Both the position numbers and the translations under genes were made by a program. Below the pieces are notes generated by a model. The model was not told the DNA's origin. It searched no databases and worked only from the letters and a program-made list of their open reading frames with translations. Shown in pieces: positions 39,300 through 48,831 of a stretch of 63,862 bases of DNA; the first letter of the stretch is position 1, and each line of letters starts with the position of its first letter. Location of the stretch: the NCBI GenBank assembly GCA_018821305.1, contig JAHJMN010000085.1, forward strand, positions 1 to 63,862. Direction: 5' to 3'. This DNA comes from Myxococcota bacterium. Its GTDB lineage: Bacteria > Myxococcota_A > Polyangia > HGW-17.

Positions 39300-40166
39300 A
39301 TGAAATTCACTACTGTATTACTTCTGATTCCACTTATTTTGAGTTGTACTCCAAAGAAAAAGCGAAAGAAAAACGAATTCTGGGGTGAATGCACTGTAAA
39401 TATTCACTGTGGAACGGGAAAAATCTGCCGTGATAACAAGTGCGTTGATATGAAAAAGACTGGTTTAGAAAAATCAGTAAAAAGCCCACCGGGAATGGTT
39501 TTTATTCCTGCTGGGGAGTTTATAATGGGAGCAAATGTCGGTCATCCCAATGAAAAACCACAGATTGCGCAAAAAACTGATAGTTTTTATATTGATATCC
39601 ATGAAGTAACCTGGTCTGATTACTCTGAATGTTTAAAAAAAGGTCACTGCACTCCCGCATCCTGTTCCGGAAGTGGCAAGTTTCCAGTTTCGTGCGTTTC
39701 ATGGCATCAGGCCCAATCTTATTGTAATGCTGTTGGAAAGCGCCTTCCGACAGAGGAAGAATGGGAAAAAGCTGCGCGTTCAACGGATGCAAGAAAATAT
39801 CCATGGGGGGATTCTTCTCCTGATTGTAAAAAAGCCGCCTACAACAGATGTAACCTCAATGGCCCCGTTGCAGTTGATACCCTGACTGATGGCAAATCAA
39901 TTTATGGAACCGTTGGCCAGGCAGGAAATGTTTGGGAATGGACATCCACAACCCTTTGGCCATGGGATCAGAGATCAGATCCCGAAATGCTGACCGCCGG
40001 CTATAAACCTTCCAGGAAAATCGATAAAAGTAAGACAAGTCACTTCAGAGTCATTCGTGGGGGAAGCTGGAAAGAAGGCCCCGAGGGAATCCGGATAACA
40101 ATCAAACATCTTCTTAAAATGGATTTCTCAAGCCCCCTGATCGGTTTCCGGTGTGCAAAAGACTGA
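39300..40166 (+). CDS. formylglycine-generating-enzyme (SUMF1/FGE-sulfatase) family lipoprotein
   Basis: Lipobox ILSCT; FGE-domain hallmarks MVFIPAGEFIMG, VSWHQAQSYCNAVGKRLPTEEEWEKAAR, RVIRGGSW. Confidence 0.8.
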   Translation: MKFTTVLLLIPLILSCTPKKKRKKNEFWGECTVNIHCGTGKICRDNKCVDMKKTGLEKSVKSPPGMVFIPAGEFIMGANVGHPNEKPQIAQKTDSFYIDIHEVTWSDYSECLKKGHCTPASCSGSGKFPVSCVSWHQAQSYCNAVGKRLPTEEEWEKAARSTDARKYPWGDSSPDCKKAAYNRCNLNGPVAVDTLTDGKSIYGTVGQAGNVWEWTSTTLWPWDQRSDPEMLTAGYKPSRKIDKSKTSHFRVIRGGSWKEGPEGIRITIKHLLKMDFSSPLIGFRCAKD

Positions 40167-40179
40167 CTCAGGCCCAGCA

Positions 40180-41082
40180 TTATCTTCCTGCGAGATAGCA
40201 TCGCACCATTCTGCCATCAATATCTTTAAGCTCCGGAATTCCTTCCTTATCGCAAGTATCCATTCTCTGACGACAACGGTTAATCCATGGACATTTTCCA
40301 GGAGGAACAGTTTTATCAGGAGAAAGTCCCTTTTTTTTATGAACAAATGCATCGAAAAGATCTTTTGTATAAGGATGAAGTGGATTTGTAATCAAATCTT
40401 TGGTGTGGCAGTACTCCATAATATAACCTTGAAAAATCACAGCTGAATAGGTACTCACATGAGATATCAGTGCGAGATCATGAGTTATGAACATCATTGT
40501 AATTCTGTCTCGCAGACTGTCGAGTAACTGAATAATATGCCCCTGTAAACTAACATCAAGAGCACTGGTGGGTTCATCGGCAATTATGAACTCTGGATTT
40601 GTAATCAAAGCTCGCGCAATAGATGCCCGCTGCCTTTGGCCCCCGCTCAACTGAGAAGGATATTTGTTTAAAATCTCCTTACTCAGTTTCACAGTTTCAA
40701 GAACAGAGTCGAGGGTTTCTTCATGATTTACTTGAATTTTATGAATCAAAAGCGGTTCGGTCAGGGAGTATTTCATCTTAATTGATGGGTCAAAACTGGC
40801 AAGAGGATCTTGAAAGATCATCTGAAAACGGCTTTTAAGTTTAATTACCTCTTTTTGATTTACTTCATAAATCGGAGTTCCAAGAACTTTTATGTTTCCA
40901 CAAACGGGTTTAAGCATCCCACAGATTACCTGAGCAAGTGTGGTTTTTCCACTTCCAGATTCACCTATAATGCTCAGATCACTATGTTTTTCGCAAGTCA
41001 GATTCATACTTCGAATAACTGGATTTGCTCTGTCCCAAGCTACTGTAATATTCTCAATTTCAAAACAATTATTCATTTTCAC
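40180..41082 (-). CDS. ABC transporter ATP-binding protein (oligopeptide/dipeptide OppD/F-like), orphan
   Basis: Walker A GESGSGKTT, signature LSGGQRQR, Walker B IIADEPTSALD, H-loop ITHDL, C-terminal Cys-containing oligopeptide-type extension; no permease or SBP gene nearby. Confidence 0.9.
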   Translation of the reverse strand: MKMNNCFEIENITVAWDRANPVIRSMNLTCEKHSDLSIIGESGSGKTTLAQVICGMLKPVCGNIKVLGTPIYEVNQKEVIKLKSRFQMIFQDPLASFDPSIKMKYSLTEPLLIHKIQVNHEETLDSVLETVKLSKEILNKYPSQLSGGQRQRASIARALITNPEFIIADEPTSALDVSLQGHIIQLLDSLRDRITMMFITHDLALISHVSTYSAVIFQGYIMEYCHTKDLITNPLHPYTKDLFDAFVHKKKGLSPDKTVPPGKCPWINRCRQRMDTCDKEGIPELKDIDGRMVRCYLAGR

Positions 41083-42325
41083 CTGTAATTATTGTTAAAT
41101 CAACAGTTTCCTTTGGAGCAACGGAAATACAATACATGTTTTTCAGAACGCTGTCCCAGGCCATTTGTACTCTTTTGGCTGACCAGGAATCAGCAATTGC
41201 AAGGATGCCAGTTAGAGTCCTTTTATTGCCCTCAAGAAAAATTAGCCGGTCAAGCAGTTTTCGGAAATCAATTTTGTTTCTCCTGACCATAAACTGGATT
41301 TTCCACAATTGTCGATATTTTTCAACTTCTGCCTCGTGAAACTTCAATTTGTCAATATTTTGTTTAAATATCCTGAGAACTTTTCCCGATTCACCAACCT
41401 GAGTTTTAATATAAAAGAACACAACAGGGGTTCCCCTTAAAAGACTACCAAACTGGATTTCCACATTTTCCGACTTTATCTTCCCGGAAATAAATCCACT
41501 GTACATATCCCAGATTACCCACTGCCTGAAAGGGACATTAACGGAACATTTAATATATGCACTGTTTCCTGAGTGAGGGATATTAAATGACTTGAGAGAT
41601 GGTTTAAATACTACCCTGGGTTGATAAAATGGGTACGCATTCATTGCGGTTTTAAATTTTATATTTTTAAGAAATTCCTGATCTGTTTTTTTATTGAACG
41701 GACCATATATTTGAATCAATTTCTGAGATTTTAGAAACATTTCATCGAGTTTTTTATTTACAATTATAAGATCAATGTCCATCAAGTCATGAAGCGTCCC
41801 CCGCTGTGGATTGCCTGACAAAAAACGATCTGTATATTCTTCAAGAAGAAGCTCTGGATTTTTCTCTATTTTTTCGGCAGATTGCTTGAGTTTTTTCCGA
41901 ACTTTTTCCCAAACTTCATCGTCTCGCCTACCTTCAAGGATTTGCCTGAAAAATGCCCGCAGTCCATCAAATGCATATTCTCGTTTCCAGATTCCGTTAA
42001 TCTGATTGATGCCTCCCATTCTTCCCGCCCAGATCCTGAGGCCATATCGTTCCTTTAGATTATTCCATTCTTTCTCTGACATGGTTTTAGGGTGACCGGA
42101 AACCGCAAATATAAGAGATGCATTTGTCAGAGAAGAATTTTCTTCAGATTTGTCGGGAAAGACAATCTGGATAGTACAAAACTGCCATCCCGGATCAGAA
42201 ACCTGATAAAAAATCTGAAAATTGTCTCCGTAAAGAGTTCCTGTAGATGTTTCCGGGGGAAGTTTTACATACCGGATACAAGAGGCCATGTTTAAAATAG
42301 TTACCAATGCTAAAAAAAGTCTCAT
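41069..42325 (-). CDS. hypothetical lipoprotein (418 aa), translationally coupled to the ABC ATPase
   Basis: Lipobox NMASC; 14-bp overlap with the downstream ABC ATPase gene; no recognisable motif. Confidence 0.55.
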   Translation of the reverse strand: MRLFLALVTILNMASCIRYVKLPPETSTGTLYGDNFQIFYQVSDPGWQFCTIQIVFPDKSEENSSLTNASLIFAVSGHPKTMSEKEWNNLKERYGLRIWAGRMGGINQINGIWKREYAFDGLRAFFRQILEGRRDDEVWEKVRKKLKQSAEKIEKNPELLLEEYTDRFLSGNPQRGTLHDLMDIDLIIVNKKLDEMFLKSQKLIQIYGPFNKKTDQEFLKNIKFKTAMNAYPFYQPRVVFKPSLKSFNIPHSGNSAYIKCSVNVPFRQWVIWDMYSGFISGKIKSENVEIQFGSLLRGTPVVFFYIKTQVGESGKVLRIFKQNIDKLKFHEAEVEKYRQLWKIQFMVRRNKIDFRKLLDRLIFLEGNKRTLTGILAIADSWSAKRVQMAWDSVLKNMYCISVAPKETVDLTIITGENE

Positions 42326-42614
42326 ATAATTCTCCGAAGAAAGAGAGATCTCTTCTAAATCAGTTTGCTGTCACTGTCCTGAACCTAAAATTGTTGAAAA
42401 AACTGAAAAGAACGTATTTCAGGAAAGTGACTAATTATGTGCATAATTAAATTTACCACAACAATCTAAATATCCGCCCATTTCCGGATATCAGCAATTA
42501 TTACTTTATATCGGACAGAATGTATGCTAAGCAAAATATTAATTTCATATTGTACTTTCTCTGGAAAGTTATAGATTTAGGGTTCACAATTGCCTGTAAT
42601 GTTTACAGGGTCAG

Positions 42615-44813
42615 ATGCTGGAGGACTGGATGTCAAAACTGACAGTTTTTCTTATTGTAATTTCAATATCTTTTACTAACTTTGCATATGCTCAAAAAAC
42701 TGCAAAAAATCCTGCAACAGGCCCAGCAGGACCAGTTGGTTCCTTCGGCGATGCAGCGAAAGCGGAACCAACGCCACCAGCACCGGCTCCAGTAAATGCA
42801 GAAAAGCCTGATGTTTCCCCTGCTGCTCCGGTAATTCCTGAGTCAAAAACCTCAGTGCCAACTCCGGAAAAATCGCTGTATCCTATCCCAGGGGTAAATG
42901 CTGGACTTTATTACGGTTCTGGTTTGTTCTACACCATGGACGCCATCCCCCGCACACCGTGGACTTTCCTTCTTTCTCTTCACACAGAGTTTTTCCGATA
43001 CAGTGACTTTATTGTGGCAAATCGAGGTGAAGTTAATACAAGATTTGCCGGCGCCATTTCTGCCAGCCTCTTTCTCCCGAAAGGCTTTGAAATTTTTGCT
43101 AATCTTTATTCAACCTCCAACCTTAATGAGAGAGATCCTGAAACCGTATCTGCTGAACCTAAAATGCAAATGGCTCTAGGCGATCTTACACTTGGGGGGA
43201 AATACTCCAGAGAAATTCTTCCATATCTGAATGCTGGTGGAGCTATTTTTGCTAAGTTTTACAGCGGTGTAGGTGAAGTCAGTCCGGACCTGGGAGCAAC
43301 TGCTGCAGGCTTTTTCCTGACTTCTACATTTAAAGCAGCAGCTCTGAGACCATCCAATCCATTGCCCTTCATGGTTCATGTAAATATCGGTTATATTTAC
43401 GATAATAGCAAATCGCTAATGGAGAATGTTCCTCTTTCTTCAGAAAACACTTCTCTTCAACCGTTTTACCAGTACCTTATCCGGTCATTTGCGCTTGGAG
43501 TTTCTTCAAGCAGAGTTGCCGGTTCTATTGGTTTCGAATACCCCTTCAAAGCTGGCAAAATGGTTGTAACACCAATGTTGGAATGGGCATTCCGCTACTA
43601 CACTGATTCCGCAGACAAAGATATACTTGATTGGCAATCCCGCGTCAGTACATCCGGAGATGCTTCCCCTGATAGCGCATTCTCTCATAACCTCATGATC
43701 GGAGCAAAAGTTGATTTGAATAACAACTTTTCCCTTGCTGCAGGTGTAGATATTACGCTTTCATACCCTGGCTTTGCCATATCCCCTACCCTTCCAGTGT
43801 ACAATATTTTCACTCAGGTTTCCTATCGCAGCACGACATGTGCTGACAGCATAAAAATTGTAGAAAAAACAAAAGAAATTGTTAAATATATCGATAAACC
43901 AGTGGAAAAGAAACTTGGGTCAATAGCAGGAAAAATTGTCGATGCTAAAGGCATGCCTGTACCAGGAGCAATTATCAGCTATGTTGGGACAACAAACAGC
44001 GATCAAGCCGCGGATGAAACCGGTTCGTTCAAGAGTTATCCAATGGCTCAGGGGACTCATACCATCGGAATTTCAAGACGTGGTTATATTGCAAAAGAGG
44101 AAAAAGTTGTAATCAAAGATCAGAGTGTCCATAACGTTACATTCCGAATCGAAAAGAAAGTCGACCCTGTTTGCAGTGTTCGATTTAATATCAAGGACTC
44201 AAAAGGTAAAATTCTTGAGTCGGAAATCAAGATCGAAGGCAAAACTCTCGAAAATAAACCTGTTCTCATTGATCAGATGTCTGAAAAGGCAGGTGCCACC
44301 ACCGTCAAATTCCGTCCAGGAGCGTATTCAGTTACTGTTATCAAAAAGGGTTATCTATCAAAAGTTCATTCTATGGTAATGACCAAATGCGAAGAAAATG
44401 TCATTGAAATTGAACTGAAAAATAAGCCAAGAACCAGTTCTGTAAAAATAAATAAAAAAAGTAAAATAATTACTATTTCAAAACGCATTCATTTTGAGTA
44501 TAATAGCGCAAGGCTGAAGGCTAATGCTTCAGTCATATTAGATGAGGTGGCATCAGTACTCATCGAAAATCCAGATATACTGCTTGTGAGAATTGAGGGG
44601 CATACGGACAATAAGGGGAATGCGGCTTATAACCTCAAGCTTTCACAAGACAGGGCCGACGCAGTGAGATCTTACCTGGTCAAACAGGGAGTAAAGGCTG
44701 ACAGGCTCGAAGCAAAAGGTTATGGGAGAACTAAACCCCGTTATGCAAATATTTCGGAACGTCTCAGACAAAGAAATAGAAGGGTTGAGTTCAAAATACT
44801 TAAACATAAATGA
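42615..44813 (+). CDS. OmpA-family outer-membrane protein with beta-barrel, carboxypeptidase-regulatory-like beta-sandwich domains and C-terminal OmpA peptidoglycan-binding domain
   Basis: Signal peptide ending AYAQ; C-terminal FEYNSARL ... RIEGHTDNKGNAAYNLKLSQDRADAV OmpA_C signature; strong T-rich region follows the stop. Confidence 0.8.
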   Translation: MLEDWMSKLTVFLIVISISFTNFAYAQKTAKNPATGPAGPVGSFGDAAKAEPTPPAPAPVNAEKPDVSPAAPVIPESKTSVPTPEKSLYPIPGVNAGLYYGSGLFYTMDAIPRTPWTFLLSLHTEFFRYSDFIVANRGEVNTRFAGAISASLFLPKGFEIFANLYSTSNLNERDPETVSAEPKMQMALGDLTLGGKYSREILPYLNAGGAIFAKFYSGVGEVSPDLGATAAGFFLTSTFKAAALRPSNPLPFMVHVNIGYIYDNSKSLMENVPLSSENTSLQPFYQYLIRSFALGVSSSRVAGSIGFEYPFKAGKMVVTPMLEWAFRYYTDSADKDILDWQSRVSTSGDASPDSAFSHNLMIGAKVDLNNNFSLAAGVDITLSYPGFAISPTLPVYNIFTQVSYRSTTCADSIKIVEKTKEIVKYIDKPVEKKLGSIAGKIVDAKGMPVPGAIISYVGTTNSDQAADETGSFKSYPMAQGTHTIGISRRGYIAKEEKVVIKDQSVHNVTFRIEKKVDPVCSVRFNIKDSKGKILESEIKIEGKTLENKPVLIDQMSEKAGATTVKFRPGAYSVTVIKKGYLSKVHSMVMTKCEENVIEIELKNKPRTSSVKINKKSKIITISKRIHFEYNSARLKANASVILDEVASVLIENPDILLVRIEGHTDNKGNAAYNLKLSQDRADAVRSYLVKQGVKADRLEAKGYGRTKPRYANISERLRQRNRRVEFKILKHK

Positions 44814-44863
44814 CCCAATGTTTGGTTTTTATTAAATTTTTTCCTGTTTGAAAGGAGTAATAT

Positions 44864-45208
44864 ATGGCTAAAGAACAGAGTAACGCAGTTAAAATGATTC
44901 CCTGGGTTGCAACGCTCATCACTGCAGCAGTTGTACTCATAACTTCCATCACATTCGATGGTCCAGGGTTTGGTAAAACCTGGCCGTTGATACCCACGGT
45001 CCTGTTTGCATCTCTCGCTCTAACATTTTTTATGGCGGACGCCGGAGCTGCCTGGCCTGGAATGATTTTTGTCAGTTCCTTTTTCCTTTTCTGGCTTTTA
45101 GGGAATACAAAAGTGGCACCTTTCAGCAAAACGTGGCCGTTTTTAATAGTAGTCGCAGTTGTCCTCATCTTCCTTACGGTGGCGATGGCAAAAAAGAAGA
45201 AAAAATAA
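44864..45208 (+). CDS. small membrane protein (4 TM, 114 aa)
   Basis: RBS aggagtaa; four hydrophobic helices; KKKKK C-terminus. Confidence 0.5.
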   Translation: MAKEQSNAVKMIPWVATLITAAVVLITSITFDGPGFGKTWPLIPTVLFASLALTFFMADAGAAWPGMIFVSSFFLFWLLGNTKVAPFSKTWPFLIVVAVVLIFLTVAMAKKKKK

Positions 45209-45228
45209 TCATATAAAGGAGACCCATA

Positions 45229-45714
45229 ATGGCAGTACTCGATTATATCATTCCCGGTTATAAAGGTTATCGTGAACGCACAGAAGGCAGAGCAACTGAC
45301 AGAGCTTTCCGTGACTATATGGCATCTAAACTCAAGGAAGTCCACGACCGACTTGAAAGAGTAAAGTTCAGTATTACGAGTGATTTCAGCAAAATCGCCC
45401 TTCTGAATGATGCCGAGCAAGCAACCTTGCTGCTTACAAAAGTTCGAGATCGCATGCGATGGTCAAATCAGGGGTTTGCAGGTACTTTAACGGGGTCCGT
45501 TGCTGAGACAGAGGCAATTAAAGCGATTGAGCAGTTCGATCAATCCCTTGAACAACACCGTAATACCGTTGAAACAGCTATAAATAATATTGAAAATCAG
45601 TTTGCCGGTGGTGGGGATATGAAACCAGCATTTTTCCACCTTACAAGTGCACTGAGGCAGATGGACTCTCACATGAACGAACGAGAAGCACTTCTGCGTA
45701 AAACAATTGGCTAG
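45229..45714 (+). CDS. hypothetical cytoplasmic protein (161 aa, helical)
   Basis: RBS aaggagac; 20 bp after the upstream gene; no motif recognised. Confidence 0.5.
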   Translation: MAVLDYIIPGYKGYRERTEGRATDRAFRDYMASKLKEVHDRLERVKFSITSDFSKIALLNDAEQATLLLTKVRDRMRWSNQGFAGTLTGSVAETEAIKAIEQFDQSLEQHRNTVETAINNIENQFAGGGDMKPAFFHLTSALRQMDSHMNEREALLRKTIG

Positions 45715-45785
45715 ATTTTGTTGCCCTGTCGGATTAACTCAGGTAATATTACCGGCAGGTTTGACGCACTGATACAGGAGTAAAA

Positions 45786-47114
45786 ATGGCACTTATTGAT
45801 ATTCTTGAATTTCAAGACCAGAGCAGAGAAGTGATGGCCAAAAGACTGCCTGACGATCTTCAGGCAGACATTAAAATGGGCGCGCAGCTCATCGTCAGAG
45901 AAGCCCAGGTTGCTATTTTCTACCGCGGCGGACAAGCTCTTGATACCTTCGGCCCCGGAAGACACACTCTCACAACGGGAAATCTTCCCATACTTGCAAA
46001 ACTCGTTAACCTGCCTTTTGGTGGAAATACTCCATTTAAAGCTGAGGTCGTATTTGTCGATACTGGTCTCATTGACGATCAAAAATGGGGCACCAAAGAA
46101 CCAATTTCCTTCAGAGATACCGTGCTGAAGGTAGTTCGTTTACGCAGTTTCGGAACAATGACTTACAAAGTCACGGATCCCGTTCTGTTTGTAAACAAAC
46201 GCATGAAAAGCTCATCAAAATATACAGCTTCTGATTTTGCAAACTGGGCAAGGGATTCCGTCGTTCAGCGTATGACCGACGTTCTCGGCGAAGTTATGAA
46301 ATCAATTTTCGATCTTCCCGCAGTATACGATGAAATTTGCATCGCCTGCAAAGCTCGTTTAGCGGAAGATTTTGCAAAAAATGGTATCGAGCTTGAAGAT
46401 CTACGCATCAGCGCCATAAGCCCACCAAAAGAAGTTCAGGAAAAAATCGACGAAAGATCCGGAATGGGTCTCTTCGAGGATTCTATGCCTGCCTTCCAGC
46501 AATATCAGATGGGTTACGCTATGCGTGATGCCGCCAAAAACGAAGGTGGCGTTGCGGGTCAAGGCATGGGCATGGGTATGGGACTTGGAATGGGTTTCAT
46601 GATGCCTGGAATGATGGCTCAGGGCATGGCTCCCGGCATGCAAGGACAGCATGGACAGATGCCTCCTCCCGGTTATCCACCACCTCAAGGTTATGCTCAG
46701 GGTTATCCACCACCTCAGGGTTATGGTCAGGGTTATCCACCACCGGGAATGCCACCTCAAGGTTATCCACCGCCAGGAATGCCACCTCAAGGTTATCCAC
46801 CACCAGGAATGCCAGTTGGCAATGCAGCACCGCCGAGTGCTCCACCTGCTGCCACTTCCGCTTGCATTTCTTGCGGTTATGGTCTCGGGGCTGGCCAGAA
46901 ATTCTGTCCCAATTGCGGAAAGCCTCAAGCAGAGCCCGATCAGGTTCCATGCATCAAGTGCCAGGCAATGCTTCCTGCGGGAAGTAAGTTCTGTCCCAAT
47001 TGTGGTTCTTCGCAGGTACAAGATACCCCCAGGACTGCCTGTGTAAAATGCCAACAGGAACTTGCACCTGGTGCCAGATTCTGCCCGTACTGCGGTTCAC
47101 CTCAACCAGTCTGA
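45786..47114 (+). CDS. SPFH/band-7 domain protein with Pro/Gly-rich linker and three C-terminal zinc ribbons
   Basis: SPFH core (QLIVREAQVAIFYRGG ... VVFVDTG); (GYPPPQ/GMPPQ) repeats; three CxxC-x10-13-CPxCG ribbons. Confidence 0.8.
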   Translation: MALIDILEFQDQSREVMAKRLPDDLQADIKMGAQLIVREAQVAIFYRGGQALDTFGPGRHTLTTGNLPILAKLVNLPFGGNTPFKAEVVFVDTGLIDDQKWGTKEPISFRDTVLKVVRLRSFGTMTYKVTDPVLFVNKRMKSSSKYTASDFANWARDSVVQRMTDVLGEVMKSIFDLPAVYDEICIACKARLAEDFAKNGIELEDLRISAISPPKEVQEKIDERSGMGLFEDSMPAFQQYQMGYAMRDAAKNEGGVAGQGMGMGMGLGMGFMMPGMMAQGMAPGMQGQHGQMPPPGYPPPQGYAQGYPPPQGYGQGYPPPGMPPQGYPPPGMPPQGYPPPGMPVGNAAPPSAPPAATSACISCGYGLGAGQKFCPNCGKPQAEPDQVPCIKCQAMLPAGSKFCPNCGSSQVQDTPRTACVKCQQELAPGARFCPYCGSPQPV

Positions 47115-47134
47115 CATTTCAAAAGGAGATAAGT

Positions 47135-47938
47135 ATGCCCAGTAATGCACTGAAAGCAAATATTTATTATGGTGACATCCTTCTTGGTTCCGAATTGGAA
47201 GTAAAGGATTTTTCTCTGGATAAATTCATTGTTTTTTACAATGAACCCATGCCCGTGGCCACGGATCTTATAGTAGAAATAAACTCCGATGAATCACCGG
47301 TAAAGGGCAGTGCAGTTGTAATTAAGGCAGTTGAGGGCGAAAAAGATAATACTCCCTTTATGGAAATAAGGTGGGTTGAAATTGCTGATGAAAACATCAA
47401 GGTTTTAAATTCCGTAGCTGAAAAAGCCAGTGCTCCTGAGCCGCAAGCCGTGGAAACTGAGATTATTCCGGAAATTACGGAACCCGAAACCCAACCGTCC
47501 GAAGATATATCGGAATCCAATGAAGAAACTCCGGATCCTGTGGAATCAGTCCCTGATGTCGAGGACATTGATACTACAATGAAAATTGACTTAAATCAGG
47601 AATCTGAAAGTGAGTCAAATGAGGAATCAGTTGACAATGAAGCTTCCACTGAATCAGAAAACTCAGTAACGGGAGAAGAATCTTCTGATGAACCGGAACC
47701 AACTCCCGAACCTGATTCACCAGTATCAGACTCCCCAGATGAAATTGATGCAGAAAAAAAGGAAGATGACTCCCAAGCTCCAGAAATAAACAGCGAAGGT
47801 AGTGAAGAAGGCGTTTTGCCTGATTCTGATGGCAATGGGGAAGAGAAGCCCGACGATTCCAAAGTCACCGGTGATGGAGCTTCTGAAGACGACAAACCCG
47901 TCAAGAAAAAAGTTCGTCGCCGCACAAAAAAATCATAA
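47135..47938 (+). CDS. acidic protein with N-terminal PilZ-like beta-barrel and long Glu/Asp/Ser-rich tail
   Basis: Start at ATG 47135 after aaaggaga RBS (ORF-track start 47000 would overlap SPFH gene and lies upstream of the RBS); C-terminal 170 aa low-complexity acidic; KKKVRRRTKKS tail. Confidence 0.55.
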   Translation: MPSNALKANIYYGDILLGSELEVKDFSLDKFIVFYNEPMPVATDLIVEINSDESPVKGSAVVIKAVEGEKDNTPFMEIRWVEIADENIKVLNSVAEKASAPEPQAVETEIIPEITEPETQPSEDISESNEETPDPVESVPDVEDIDTTMKIDLNQESESESNEESVDNEASTESENSVTGEESSDEPEPTPEPDSPVSDSPDEIDAEKKEDDSQAPEINSEGSEEGVLPDSDGNGEEKPDDSKVTGDGASEDDKPVKKKVRRRTKKS

Positions 47939-47955
47939 ACAACTGAGTCCCCTCC

Positions 47956-48831
47956 ATGAATAGAAAGACCCGTGCTGGAATTGTTTTTCCAGGGAGTTCT
48001 GTAGATATTGAATCTATTAATAAGAGTTTATCGGAACTCGCTGACATAGCAGATTTTACAGTTTTTCCTGCAGATAATAAACATCAGAATCCTTATTTCT
48101 CAGGTACAGATTATTCTCGTACGGCTTCCCTTACTCAGGCAATTTCAGATCACACAGATATTCTTGTTCCTGTACGTGGCGGGTATGGGTCCATAAGACT
48201 CAATCACCCTGAATTACTTGCCCAACTTGAAAAATATCCTGTTCCTATCAGTGGTTTTTCAGATTTGACAATTCTTCTAGAGTTATGGTCGAAGAACGGA
48301 TTCAAGGCGTATCATGCTCCTGTGATGAATCAATATCCGTTTCTTAATACATATTCCCAAACCGCTTACAGGCACTTTCTGGCTCAAACAAAATTACCAT
48401 CCCTTGAATTAGTTCAGTTGGGTTCCGCACCTGAAGCAAGACTTTATCCTGTAAAAGGTGGTAATTTAACAGTTTTTGCATCTATGGTCGGCACAAGCGT
48501 GTCGCCTTCTTTCAAAGATCACTTTGTACTCATTGAAGATATTAACGAGCCTGCATACAAAGTTGACCGATGCCTTCAGCAATTAATTCAAGGAACTGAC
48601 CTGAAAAAAGCATCAGGAATCATCATCGGGGATTTTACAAATTGCTCAGGAATTATTGAAAACACAATTATTGATATACTTTATTCAAACTCTTTTAAAA
48701 TCCCGGTTTTTAAATGCCATGATGTGGGCCACGGCTCTTCCAATTTTCCTTTTGAATATGGGGGTATGTATAAATTTACAGGAATTTCTGAAAACCGTTT
48801 TATAATGTCTCCGGAGGCTTCTCAGAAATGA
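47956..48831 (+). CDS. LD-carboxypeptidase (peptidase S66, LdcA/MccF-like)
   Basis: Ser-containing motif ISGFSDLTILLEL equivalent to LdcA GYSDxTAL; C-terminal His/Glu region; 4-bp overlap with downstream CHAT gene. Confidence 0.75.
   Translation: MNRKTRAGIVFPGSSVDIESINKSLSELADIADFTVFPADNKHQNPYFSGTDYSRTASLTQAISDHTDILVPVRGGYGSIRLNHPELLAQLEKYPVPISGFSDLTILLELWSKNGFKAYHAPVMNQYPFLNTYSQTAYRHFLAQTKLPSLELVQLGSAPEARLYPVKGGNLTVFASMVGTSVSPSFKDHFVLIEDINEPAYKVDRCLQQLIQGTDLKKASGIIIGDFTNCSGIIENTIIDILYSNSFKIPVFKCHDVGHGSSNFPFEYGGMYKFTGISENRFIMSPEASQK

Noticed and set aside
42368-42384. S-module fragment tgtcactgtcctgaacc upstream of the 41069-42325 gene
   Set aside because: Only a 9-10-nt match to the S arm, with no second arm. 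It is too short to distinguish from chance.
46401-47054. Minus-strand 217-aa and 117-aa ORFs opposite the SPFH gene
   Set aside because: They arise from the reverse complement of the Pro/Gly codon repeats (W/R/H-rich nonsense). The plus-strand SPFH/zinc-ribbon reading frame is clearly the real one.
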